Shown here: one piece after another, positions 47,495-56,323 of the stretch
Position numbering within the stretch: position 1 is the first letter of the stretch
Layout of the letters: every line of letters begins with the position of its first letter
DNA from: a virus
Strand: one strand, 5' to 3'
IMG/VR virus record: IMGVR_UViG_3300034198_012226
Coordinates: 22,482 to 86,481 of that record
Length of the DNA stretch: 64,000 nucleotides
Position numbers and translations under genes: made by a program
The notes under the pieces: generated by a model
Seen by the model: only the letters and a program-made list of their open reading frames with translations
Databases searched by the model: none
What the model was told of the DNA's origin: nothing

Positions 47495-47797
47495 TCAGTC
47501 CTCGATGTTGGTGACGCAGACAGGGCGGGTAACGTCGCGCTCGAATTGAACCTTGAACGACTCACCGATGAAGTAGGTGGCAACGAGCAGCAGCTCGCCG
47601 TACTCGGTGTCCTCGACGGACGCAACGACAGCGCCGTCCAGGTTGCGCACCATGCGGCGGGTGACGTTGGGCAGGGCCTCCAGCGGGTTGCTGCCGTAGG
47701 TGACCTTGACGACCGGCTTCTTGCCGCCCTTGCGCTCGGGCTGGCCGTAGTAGGTGGTCTTGATGATGCGCGGGCCGATGACGGTGCCGGTGCTCAT
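47495..47797 (-). CDS. Hypothetical protein
   Basis: Coupled ORF. Confidence 0.6.
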   Translation of the reverse strand: MSTGTVIGPRIIKTTYYGQPERKGGKKPVVKVTYGSNPLEALPNVTRRMVRNLDGAVVASVEDTEYGELLLVATYFIGESFKVQFERDVTRPVCVTNIED

Positions 47798-48222
47798 TCC
47801 TTACCCTCCGCAATGCGGTCGGCCATGGCGGTGACTGCGGCCAGGTCGGCTTCCAGGGAAGTGCTGTTGTCGGCGATCACGTCGTGGCCGTCGTTGCCGT
47901 AGACGAAGTTGACGACGCCACGGTAGGTGCCGTCCGGCAGGTACACGTAGAGGTCTTCCTCGTCGGTAGCGAACATCGCGGCCTTGAGGTACTTCACGTC
48001 GGTGCTTTTCTCGGTGGCCCAGTCTTCGCCGTCGTGGACGCGGAGGACGAAGCCTTCTTCGACTAAGTCGGTGATGACCTTGAACACGATGCGGCGCTCG
48101 ATCACCTGGCGGTTGTGGACGACCAGCTCCTCGGGGGTCAAGTTCTCCTTGCGGCGCGGACGCTTCGGGCCATCTTCGGATTTCGGACGGCCTGGCTTTT
48201 TCAACTCTACTTGGGGGGTCAT
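47794..48222 (-). CDS. Hypothetical protein
   Basis: V.DGE...F.TDE...VYGN.G.DVI.D motif. Confidence 0.65.
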   Translation of the reverse strand: MTPQVELKKPGRPKSEDGPKRPRRKENLTPEELVVHNRQVIERRIVFKVITDLVEEGFVLRVHDGEDWATEKSTDVKYLKAAMFATDEEDLYVYLPDGTYRGVVNFVYGNDGHDVIADNSTSLEADLAAVTAMADRIAEGKE

Positions 48223-48325
48223 GGATTCTCCAGTTGGAGGGTTTTCGCCGACCGGGATTGGTCGGCTACAGTGGGTGTAGCACCGCACGACACAGCCCTG
48301 ACTCGCAGGGCTGTAGCTTGAGGTG

Positions 48326-48559
48326 TCAGCTCGGAGGAGTGCTCATCCTCCAGTGGTACCGGGCGTTCGCTTCGGCGTGGGTCTCGATGTGCCACATCTT
48401 CGACTTCCGGCGATGGTACGGCAGCGCCAGGTATTCACGGCGCAGGCGCTTCAGGGTCGGGTGGTAGCCCTCCTTCTGTGCCCACGGGTCTTTGTGGTGC
48501 TGCGCTCGCACCGTCTGGTAGGCGGCGCGGCGCAGGCGCTTGGCGACCTTGCCGTTCAT
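48326..48559 (-). CDS. Small basic hypothetical protein
   Basis: MNGK.AKRLR N-terminus common in phages. Confidence 0.6.
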   Translation of the reverse strand: MNGKVAKRLRRAAYQTVRAQHHKDPWAQKEGYHPTLKRLRREYLALPYHRRKSKMWHIETHAEANARYHWRMSTPPS

Positions 48560-48957
48560 GACTTGCGCACCTTGAAGCGTTCATTGCGGTGCGGGCGCTT
48601 GTCGTCGGCGGTGACCATGGCCACGGTCACGTCGGTACCGCCTTCCACCATGACCGCTGTCACGAACCAATGGCGGTTGTCGTGGGTGACTTCCTCGCGC
48701 ACCTGGTAGTGGCCAGGCGGCAGGGTCTCGCGCAGCTCGCGGCCCTTGCGCTGCTGGTCGCGCATCTGGTGGTTGTGCCACCATTCATCGAAGTCCTTCT
48801 TCGTGATCCCGGCCTCCTCCCAGTCGATTTCCTGGAAGGCAGTGGTACTGATCGCCCCGATACGCATCAGCGCACAGAGCATGGCGCTCGGCACCTTCTG
48901 GTTTAAGACTTCCTCGCGGCTTGGTGGGAATGGGACGCCGCCGTCAGTGCATGGCAT
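48556..48957 (-). CDS. Hypothetical protein
   Basis: MPC.DG, LC and WW..HQ..D motifs. Confidence 0.6.
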   Translation of the reverse strand: MPCTDGGVPFPPSREEVLNQKVPSAMLCALMRIGAISTTAFQEIDWEEAGITKKDFDEWWHNHQMRDQQRKGRELRETLPPGHYQVREEVTHDNRHWFVTAVMVEGGTDVTVAMVTADDKRPHRNERFKVRKS

Positions 48958-48958
48958 G

Positions 48959-49168
48959 TTAAATCTCCTCGATAATGTAGCGGCCAGTGCGCTTCTCCAC
49001 GAGGAGCTTCTGGGTCGCTTTGTTGTAGGTGGGTTCGCCGATTTTGATCCGGCCCTCGGCAAGTGCCGACTCCACGTCGCCGTTGAAGTTGCGATCCGCG
49101 AAGGAGCGGGCCATGTAGTGGGCGGTGCCGACGCGGACGCCCTTCAGTGGATTTTTGGACTTTGCCAC
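48959..49168 (-). CDS. Hypothetical protein
   Basis: Fills the gap; GTG start. Confidence 0.5.
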   Translation of the reverse strand: MAKSKNPLKGVRVGTAHYMARSFADRNFNGDVESALAEGRIKIGEPTYNKATQKLLVEKRTGRYIIEEI

Positions 49169-49170
49169 GA

Positions 49171-49635
49171 TTATCCGATCATGTTGATGCTGCACATTTT
49201 GAAGCCATGGCGTCGGGTCAACGACGCTGCCTGGATTCGGTTTCGAGCGAGGACTTCAATCGCTCCGGACATGCCACGCCCCAGGTCGATCTCGACCCGG
49301 TAGACGTGACCCTTGGGATGACGGGTGCCGATGGTGCAGGTGTCGTCCAGCAGCAGACGCCGCTCGATCATGTCCTTGTGCATCGGCAGGATGTGCCAGG
49401 CTTCCGTCTTGAGCACCTGCTCGATGGCGTTCATGACGGCGATCCCATTCGCATGGGCCATCTCGTCGGCCATCTCGAAGACGCAGTCCAGAATCCGGCC
49501 GTAGTTCTTCGTGCGGTCAGCCGTCTTGTGGATTTCGGTGGACAGCAGGATGAAGCGTTCCGGCACGATGTAGAAGGGCAGGCAGTTGCGCTCGGTGTAG
49601 ATCGGCTCCTGGCGGGGCGCTACGAATTCAGCCAC
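49171..49635 (-). CDS. Hypothetical protein
   Basis: Overlaps the upstream stop. Confidence 0.55.
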   Translation of the reverse strand: MAEFVAPRQEPIYTERNCLPFYIVPERFILLSTEIHKTADRTKNYGRILDCVFEMADEMAHANGIAVMNAIEQVLKTEAWHILPMHKDMIERRLLLDDTCTIGTRHPKGHVYRVEIDLGRGMSGAIEVLARNRIQAASLTRRHGFKMCSINMIG

Positions 49636-51286
49636 GATGTTTGTCCTTGTGCTCGAACCAGCAGATTTCCTTGTGGGTGCCCCATTCGATCTGGGTGACC
49701 ATGACCACGTCGCTCGGGTTGGCCTCGTTCTCAGCCAGCCAGGCCATCAGGAGCTTGTCCCGGTTCTTGTTGATGTAGGCCGTTACCTCGGCGACCGTCT
49801 TCATGATCGGGTCGGCAGGCTTCACCGCAGGGCCGCGATAGTCCTGGCGAATGATCTTCATGAGCTGCTCCGCGACAGAGTCGCCGAAGGCTTGGCGCTG
49901 GCAGGCGTCCTTCAGCAAGTCGGTGAAGTATTCCAGGTCGGTGGCAGGGAACATCATCATCTTCGACTTCAGGTCGTCGCGCTCCTGGGCCAGGGTGTGG
50001 AACTCGTTCTTGAGCGATTCCAGCTCGGTCTCAGCCTTCAACAGGTCGTGGTTGATGATCGTGATCGAACCGTCGCCTTCGTGCTTGACCTCCAGGCCGT
50101 CCAGCTCCAGGGAACCCTGGAGCACGGAGTATTTGTGGTTGGCGTTGCGGGATTCCTGCATCGCCGTGTTGCACTCGTTGCGCAGCTCCTGGTTGGTGGC
50201 CAGGAGCTTTTCGATCTCCAGCCTGCGGGCCTCCGACTGGTCACGGTACGCCTTGCGCTCGGCAGTGGCGATGTTCAGTTCCGTCTTGAGGCGATCACGC
50301 TCCAGAACGAAGCGGTCACGTTCTTCCAGCAGGGTCTCGAAGTCCGACCTGGCCACGGCCAGCTCAGTCTGGAGCTTCTGGCGTTCGGCCTGCACCACGT
50401 TCACGCTTTCCTTCACGTTCTGGAGGTCGGCATAGACCTCCTTCATGGACAGGGCCTCGCGCCGGGTCTTGGACAGGCGCTCCAGCAGGAATTTGAGGTG
50501 CCGTTGGGTGTCCTCGTTGAACCAGCCGATCTGGTCGCGCAGCCACAGCTCCATCGCGTCGTCCTGCTGGTCTGGCGTCAGCTCGGACATGCGCTTGTCC
50601 TGGATCGCGGCACGGTCTGGTTCCGAGAGGCTTTCCCGCGTCTTGTTCAGCAGGGCGGCGCGATCCTTGGCTTCAGCCGAAGCCTTCCAGTTGACCGAAG
50701 CGGTGTAGTAGCGGTCGATCTCGTCGGCACCCTGGGTCAGGATCGTCTTGACCGCAGCGTAGGCTGGCTGTGCCGCGAGCGTCCGCATCCGTTGGGACAG
50801 GTCGGTGTTCTTCATTTCCTTGCCTGGACGGACAGTCAGGTTGGTCACATAGAAGTCCGTCTCATCCCGACGAACCTTGGCCGAAAGGTTGTACCAACCA
50901 GTGCCAGTCTCGAACTCCTTCGGCAGCGCGTCCTTCAGTGCCAGGCCCAGACGCAGCATCGGGTCGCCGGGGATCGACAGGGAAGCGACGTTGGGCCAGT
51001 GGTCAATCACGACCGTCAGCGAGCCGTCGTCCTGGTGCTCGACGCGCTTCACCTTCGCTGCCTGCTTGCCGGTCAGACCGCCGCCGCTGGTCTCGAACTC
51101 GGCGTGGATCACAGGCAGGAGCCGCGCCGAGATTCCGTCCGGCTCCGGTGCCCGGAACAGGTCGATCAGCGGGGCATCACCCTTCAGGTAGGCGATGACA
51201 TCTTCGGCCACCTCCTCGTAGGAAGTGTGGATGCCACGGGCGAAGGCTTGCTTGATGGTCTGGGCTATGTCGTTTTTCAGGTTCAT
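49628..51286 (-). CDS. Mosaic coiled-coil protein
   Basis: 552 aa with a long heptad region; VKRVE..DDGS.TVVID.WP module. Confidence 0.65.
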   Translation of the reverse strand: MNLKNDIAQTIKQAFARGIHTSYEEVAEDVIAYLKGDAPLIDLFRAPEPDGISARLLPVIHAEFETSGGGLTGKQAAKVKRVEHQDDGSLTVVIDHWPNVASLSIPGDPMLRLGLALKDALPKEFETGTGWYNLSAKVRRDETDFYVTNLTVRPGKEMKNTDLSQRMRTLAAQPAYAAVKTILTQGADEIDRYYTASVNWKASAEAKDRAALLNKTRESLSEPDRAAIQDKRMSELTPDQQDDAMELWLRDQIGWFNEDTQRHLKFLLERLSKTRREALSMKEVYADLQNVKESVNVVQAERQKLQTELAVARSDFETLLEERDRFVLERDRLKTELNIATAERKAYRDQSEARRLEIEKLLATNQELRNECNTAMQESRNANHKYSVLQGSLELDGLEVKHEGDGSITIINHDLLKAETELESLKNEFHTLAQERDDLKSKMMMFPATDLEYFTDLLKDACQRQAFGDSVAEQLMKIIRQDYRGPAVKPADPIMKTVAEVTAYINKNRDKLLMAWLAENEANPSDVVMVTQIEWGTHKEICWFEHKDKHRG

Positions 51287-51295
51287 GATTCGCTT

Positions 51296-52210
51296 TCAGA
51301 GTTCGTCGGAGCGGGTGTCAGGTGGGCAGTGCCGACCAGTTGCGGCCGGCTCGTTGTCACGGAGCTGCGGGCACTGGGAATGGCGGCACTCACCGTCGCG
51401 GCCCGCCGCGCAGCCGGTGAGAGGGCGCTCGGGCTTCGGTGGTTTGAAGTCCTTGAGCCTGCCGTGGAACGTGCAGTTGTAGCAGTCGGTGACGCTGTCG
51501 CCGTCCCATTCGGTGTCGCCTTGAATGTCCACCAGCTCGTGATCGCCCTCGGCTTTGAACACGACCACGGCGGTCTTCACGACCTTGATGTTGAGCATGA
51601 CGCTACCGCACTGCGGGCACTGGTACTGCGCGCCGGTCGGTACCACGACCAGTGCCGGTGGCGCTGCCAGCTCGGCGCACGGGTTGCCCCTGGCCAGGTT
51701 CGCAGCCATGGCCACGGCCAGCGGCCCGGTCACGGTGCCCTCGGCGCTGATCTTGGAACCGTCAGGGAATTCGGTACCTTCTGGCGTGATCCGCAGTGCC
51801 GGTGGCAGCACCTCGTCCAGGTCGGCCAGCATTCGTGCGACCCATGCGCTGCGACCGGCGACCATGATCCAGTTGGGCGTCGGGAAGGCCAGCTCGAAGC
51901 CTGGGCTGGTCAGCCGGATCGAATTGGATTCGACGGTGGCCGCGAGCCATTCGCCGAAGTAGTTGAACTCGGCGATGCGGTCGGAGCGCAGCTCGAACAT
52001 GACGTGGGAACGCAAGTCGGACTGGGCCTCGGCCCACGGTGCCCACTCGTCGGAGCCGGACAGGAAGTAGGCGGCGCTCTCCATCGACGTGCAGATTTTG
52101 CGGCCGTTGCCGACGTACTCCAGGCACTGCACCAGGATGGCGCGCATCTTGCGCAGCTTGTGGTGATCGTCTTCCCACAGCAGGAAGGGGTTTTCGTAGG
52201 TACGGTTCAC
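51296..52210 (-). CDS. Hypothetical protein with zinc-ribbon motifs
   Basis: CPQCGS, CYNC and C-terminal CAAGRDGEC.H..CPQ.RD.EP...GRHCP. Confidence 0.6.
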   Translation of the reverse strand: MNRTYENPFLLWEDDHHKLRKMRAILVQCLEYVGNGRKICTSMESAAYFLSGSDEWAPWAEAQSDLRSHVMFELRSDRIAEFNYFGEWLAATVESNSIRLTSPGFELAFPTPNWIMVAGRSAWVARMLADLDEVLPPALRITPEGTEFPDGSKISAEGTVTGPLAVAMAANLARGNPCAELAAPPALVVVPTGAQYQCPQCGSVMLNIKVVKTAVVVFKAEGDHELVDIQGDTEWDGDSVTDCYNCTFHGRLKDFKPPKPERPLTGCAAGRDGECRHSQCPQLRDNEPAATGRHCPPDTRSDEL

Positions 52211-52464
52211 AGCTTCTCCTCGGGTAAGGGAATGAATTCGACCACGCCCAGGCGGTTGGCGATCTGGATGATCTGGGTATCGACCTGGTCGTAGAAGGCG
52301 CGGCAGCACGTCTTGCCGTCGCCATAGAGGGAGGACTTGTGGCAGACGAAGTAGCTGCCCTCGGCCTTGCACTCCTTGATGATGTCGGCGGCGCGGGTGC
52401 CAGGGACGATGCGATCCTTCGAGAGCAGGCACTGCTCGCAGGCTTCCTCATACACCTGGAACAT
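52207..52464 (-). CDS. Small Cys-rich protein
   Basis: CEQCL, F.CHK and CRAF motifs. Confidence 0.6.
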   Translation of the reverse strand: MFQVYEEACEQCLLSKDRIVPGTRAADIIKECKAEGSYFVCHKSSLYGDGKTCCRAFYDQVDTQIIQIANRLGVVEFIPLPEEKL

Positions 52465-53020
52465 CGTAGGGCCTCAGCTCATGTGGTTGGAAGTAGGCGA
52501 TGCCGTCCTTGTACAACGGGTGCTTCTCGGCATCGTCCAGCTTGACGCCATAGCGCCCGGTGTGAACCATGCGCGGCTCGTACCCTACGGGCCGGTCATT
52601 GGCCAGCTCCTCGTTGACGATCTCGCCCAGGCCGTGAGTCTTCGTATCGACGCGGTCACCGATTCGCTTCTGCTTCACGTCGGCGATCATGCGGTCGAGC
52701 CAGGCCAGGCGAATCTGCTTCTGGATGAAGGAATCCTCGCGGGTCGAGTACGCCAGGTCAGGGTGGCCAGCGTCGCGGAGCTGGACGAACAACCATTCGC
52801 CCAGGTAGCCCTCGTCGGCGACGCCCTCGACCACGAAGTCCCGGATGATGTCCTCGACTACGCGCTCCTGGTCACGCCGGTCGTTGCGGCACGGGAAGGC
52901 TTCGATGAGGGCGAAGCAGATGTAGTGCTCCTTGCCCTCGGCGATCAGATTGCGAATGATGGGCAGGTACTGCCTGGCGATGCCGCGCTGCGCGGCGGTC
53001 ATGTGTTCGGAGAGATTCAT
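52448..53020 (-). CDS. Hypothetical protein
   Basis: YIC.AL...WL...Q..RLAWLD motif; a similar motif occurs in 51296-52210. Confidence 0.6.
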   Translation of the reverse strand: MNLSEHMTAAQRGIARQYLPIIRNLIAEGKEHYICFALIEAFPCRNDRRDQERVVEDIIRDFVVEGVADEGYLGEWLFVQLRDAGHPDLAYSTREDSFIQKQIRLAWLDRMIADVKQKRIGDRVDTKTHGLGEIVNEELANDRPVGYEPRMVHTGRYGVKLDDAEKHPLYKDGIAYFQPHELRPYDVPGV

Positions 53021-53262
53021 TGCGGGCCTTTATGGCGTGGACGGCACAGGTTTTCGATGCGCCGGGTGATGTTGGGATTGCGCTCACGGTCGAAGTCGGG
53101 CGGGATTCCTTCCAGCTCCAGCTCGATGATGGCGGTGCAGCGGGCGGTGCCCTCCAGGGGCCGGTGGTCGTAGCCGGGGCTGCGCTTGATCAGCGCCACC
53201 ACGGCCAGCAGCACGGCCAGGAACAGGGCAAGTTGGACGAGCAGGGGCATCGAACGTTTCAT
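53017..53262 (-). CDS. Small membrane protein
   Basis: One transmembrane segment. Confidence 0.5.
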   Translation of the reverse strand: MKRSMPLLVQLALFLAVLLAVVALIKRSPGYDHRPLEGTARCTAIIELELEGIPPDFDRERNPNITRRIENLCRPRHKGPQ

Positions 53263-53600
53263 GGCTTGCACTGCTCCACGATGGATTCGATCTCGGCCTC
53301 GATCTCGGCCTTGCTGTGGGCGACGTGGCCGGACTTCTTGATCTTGGCGATCTGCTTGTCGCGGGCCACGTTGCACTCCTGGGTGTCGTACTGTGGCCGG
53401 TCGTCCAGGATGTCTACGACCAGGTAACCGCAGATGGCGGACACGGAGATCAGGAACACTGCCAGTGCCAGGCCCGCCAGCAGGCCAGATCGGCCCGTGG
53501 CGGGGTTTTTGAAGGGTTGGCCACAGGTGGCGAAGGATACGGGCACGCGGGCCTCCAGGCGGCTGGTACGGGTCTCGGTGAAGGTCTTGGTATTTTTCAT
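53259..53600 (-). CDS. Membrane protein
   Basis: Central transmembrane segment. Confidence 0.55.
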   Translation of the reverse strand: MKNTKTFTETRTSRLEARVPVSFATCGQPFKNPATGRSGLLAGLALAVFLISVSAICGYLVVDILDDRPQYDTQECNVARDKQIAKIKKSGHVAHSKAEIEAEIESIVEQCKP

Positions 53601-53602
53601 TT

Positions 53603-53818
53603 TCAGGTCTCGGATTGGACTTCGGTCACAGACAGGATCGAGATGTGCTCGAACTCGTCGTACAGCTTGATGCGGGCATTGCGCTCGCTGGTGCCGGTGC
53701 GGCGGGCGACGTGGGTCTCGATCACACCCAGGGAGTTGACGCGGGTGCCGGTGAAGCGGAACTCGAACGTCTTATCAGGCGGTGGATCGGCAAGGTGGAT
53801 GTGCAGGTCAGTGCTCAT
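53603..53818 (-). CDS. Hypothetical protein
   Basis: GGAG RBS. Confidence 0.55.
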   Translation of the reverse strand: MSTDLHIHLADPPPDKTFEFRFTGTRVNSLGVIETHVARRTGTSERNARIKLYDEFEHISILSVTEVQSET

Positions 53819-53820
53819 AA

Positions 53821-54024
53821 TCAGCTCCGGCTCGGTTCGATGGAGATGACCAGGCACAGGGCATTGTTGGCGTCCTCATGGGCCTCGTCGCTCATGTCTG
53901 GGTCGTCGCAGGTTTCCTGGGCATCGGCACGGCCGGATGCAATCAGCATTTCCAGGAGGTCTTGGGTTTCCTGGCGCGGGAAGTCAGAAGCGACGGTGAC
54001 GGTGAAGGTGTGTTCGGTTTTCAT
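53821..54024 (-). CDS. Small acidic protein
   Basis: GGAG RBS; coupled to the PAPS-reductase-like gene. Confidence 0.55.
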   Translation of the reverse strand: MKTEHTFTVTVASDFPRQETQDLLEMLIASGRADAQETCDDPDMSDEAHEDANNALCLVISIEPSRS

Positions 54025-54809
54025 GGTTGGACTCCGGTTATATCGACAAGGGAACGCTTGACCCCGTTCTTGGGCATCATCATGACCTGGCCAGTGCTGC
54101 GCTCCAGGCCGACCATGGTCTTGTAGATCGTGGGATCGTTGACCAGCTCGGGATACTTCGTGGACAGCTTCGCGGCCAGTGTCAGGGAAGCGTCGTCGGC
54201 ATAGATGCAGAACACGCACGAGAACCGCTTCATGCCCAGGAGGTAGACACGGTGCGGCGACTGGCCAGCCATCTTGATCGTGGCGAAGACGCGGCCCTCG
54301 TCCCAGTCGTGGATCGGGAGCCAGTCGTACCACTCGCGGCCCGCCTTGCTGTTCTTCTTGTTCAGGGCGAAGGGCCGCAGCTTGGCACGGTTCCGGGATT
54401 CGTCAGCACGCAGGCCCATGCAGTTGACGACCAGGTTCCAGGCCGGGTGGCCCGCCTTCTTGCGCTCGTAGGTCAAGTGTCGGATGACCTTTTCGATTGG
54501 GCCTCGCTTTAAGTCGGAGGTGCATTGGCGCACGTCCGGCGACGGGAACATGCCGCGATCCTCGACCATCTGGAGGAACCCGCGCACCGGCTCGCACTTG
54601 ATGACGCGGTTGGCGTTGGTCGTGGCCTCGATGTGGGCCATGGCTCCCGACCACTCGACGCGGCCCAGATCGGCATGGACGACCACGAGCTGATCCCGTG
54701 GGATGAAGCGCATGGCAATGTCCATGGCCTGGCTATCCTTGCCTCCGCTGTGGTTGATGACGAACAGGGCACCACGGGCCACGAGTTCAGCAATGGTCGG
54801 GAGCGTCAC
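54021..54809 (-). CDS. PAPS-reductase/adenine-nucleotide alpha-hydrolase family protein
   Basis: HSGGKDS, RQCTSDLK, GLRADES..RA, PI.DW and R.SC.FC motifs. Confidence 0.85.
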   Translation of the reverse strand: MTLPTIAELVARGALFVINHSGGKDSQAMDIAMRFIPRDQLVVVHADLGRVEWSGAMAHIEATTNANRVIKCEPVRGFLQMVEDRGMFPSPDVRQCTSDLKRGPIEKVIRHLTYERKKAGHPAWNLVVNCMGLRADESRNRAKLRPFALNKKNSKAGREWYDWLPIHDWDEGRVFATIKMAGQSPHRVYLLGMKRFSCVFCIYADDASLTLAAKLSTKYPELVNDPTIYKTMVGLERSTGQVMMMPKNGVKRSLVDITGVQP

Positions 54810-54812
54810 GGA

Positions 54813-55052
54813 TCAGCCCTCCATCCGGACGGAGAGACGGCCGATGCCGAAGGCGAAGACCACGGCCACGCAAGGCAGCGCCACACCGATCCAGCCCATG
54901 AACGGGGAATACTGCTCCTCGGTCAGGCAGAACTGGTAAGCCTGGGTGCCGACCAGGAACAGGATTGCGCCCATGATGATGGTGATGCCGACTGCCTGGA
55001 TTGCGGCGATGCGGCGTTCGGTGCGGATACGGCGTGCGGTTGCGGTGGACAT
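54813..55052 (-). CDS. Small two-TM membrane protein
   Basis: Two hydrophobic segments. Confidence 0.55.
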   Translation of the reverse strand: MSTATARRIRTERRIAAIQAVGITIIMGAILFLVGTQAYQFCLTEEQYSPFMGWIGVALPCVAVVFAFGIGRLSVRMEG

Positions 55053-55065
55053 GGTGTTGCCTTTC

Positions 55066-55512
55066 TTATTTGGGTTGTGGTTGTGGGCGACGGCGACCGA
55101 ACAGGTGCCAGGTATTGCAAAACGGGCAGGCTTCGTACTCCTGCCCCAGTTCCCCGGCCACGACTCGGGCCTGGGTACCGTTCGGGAACTGGCGCTTGCC
55201 AGCACACACGAGCGGTGGTTTCGATACGCACGGTGCCCAGATCATGTTGAGCACGCGGCGGGTGGTGGAACCGTAGGACGGCAGCGACAGGCGGGGCCGA
55301 CCGGCCAGGTGCAGTACCCATTCGGTTGCGATGCGGGTGGACTTGCTCATGGCCTCGACACCGTACTCGGCATCCAGCTCGGCGGCGAATCCTTCCGGGG
55401 TATCGGGCCTGGGGCCGTGGCCCCGCACCAGCAGCGCCTTGGTTCGTGCATTCGGCGGGCCGTACAGGCGCAGGAAGTAGCCCTGCCGGTGGATGGATTT
55501 CTGCTTGGGCAT
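55066..55512 (-). CDS. Hypothetical protein with zinc finger
   Basis: C.GK..F...Y.CPFC..WHL motif. Confidence 0.6.
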   Translation of the reverse strand: MPKQKSIHRQGYFLRLYGPPNARTKALLVRGHGPRPDTPEGFAAELDAEYGVEAMSKSTRIATEWVLHLAGRPRLSLPSYGSTTRRVLNMIWAPCVSKPPLVCAGKRQFPNGTQARVVAGELGQEYEACPFCNTWHLFGRRRPQPQPK

Positions 55513-55516
55513 GGGA

Positions 55517-55939
55517 TCAGTTCCAGTTGGCGTAGGGTTCACCGCCCATGGTCGTCAAATGGACGGCGTCGAGGTACAGCTCGGGGTGCTTCATGGTGCG
55601 GGTGGCCTGGACAACGTCCTCGCGCAGCTCCGGGTAGTTGGGCCAGCACATGACGAGCGGACGGCAGGCGTCCAGGATGCGGAAAGCGAAGGGAACCTCA
55701 CGCTCTATCAGGTAGATGTACGAGAAGGGGCGCTTGTACAGGGCCACGCCTTCATCCTGGAGCTTTCCGCACATCGGCTCCGGCCAGCGCCAGCACGGGC
55801 GACCCTCGATCATGAAGGTGCCGACCTCGCCCTTGAGGAGACCCTCGGAGACGGTGCCGACGTGGACGATGTAGACGGAGCCGTTGTACTCGACACCGTA
55901 GACCCTAACGTCAGTGTAGCCTGGGAATGTGGTCTTCAT
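55517..55939 (-). CDS. Hypothetical protein
   Basis: GGGAG RBS; coupled. Confidence 0.6.
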   Translation of the reverse strand: MKTTFPGYTDVRVYGVEYNGSVYIVHVGTVSEGLLKGEVGTFMIEGRPCWRWPEPMCGKLQDEGVALYKRPFSYIYLIEREVPFAFRILDACRPLVMCWPNYPELREDVVQATRTMKHPELYLDAVHLTTMGGEPYANWN

Positions 55940-56247
55940 GCCAGGGCCACTCCCAGTGCCGATGCGTAGCGACGGGCCGACAGGTCAGCCAGGAAGTTTG
56001 CCTTCTGCACGTCCCAGGACGGACGGCGACGGGCACCGGCACGCTCTTGCGCCTTGGCCCAGGCCAGGTCGATGCGGGTGCCGCCGAACATGGCCACGTC
56101 AGCATCGTGGACAGCCTGGCGGGCGATGAACTCCGGGTTGGTGCGGTAATACTCGTAGTCGGCGGCGATGCGGGTGGCCTCGGCGCTCGGGTCGATAGTG
56201 ACGATGGCGGTGGCGAGGGCGTTGACGTGGATGATGGTAGCGGACAT
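55936..56247 (-). CDS. Hypothetical protein
   Basis: AAGGA RBS. Confidence 0.6.
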   Translation of the reverse strand: MSATIIHVNALATAIVTIDPSAEATRIAADYEYYRTNPEFIARQAVHDADVAMFGGTRIDLAWAKAQERAGARRRPSWDVQKANFLADLSARRYASALGVALA

Positions 56248-56323
56248 GGGATTTCCTTCCAGTTAGGAATTGGATTTCAGATTGGATTTGAATCTGGCAA
56301 GGGCGGTGCCGGTGCCAGGGATA

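Noticed and set aside
36589-54809. ParB-like plus PAPS-reductase-like genes as an IbrAB- or Dnd-type system
   Set aside because: The genes are more than 16 kb apart and the other components are missing.
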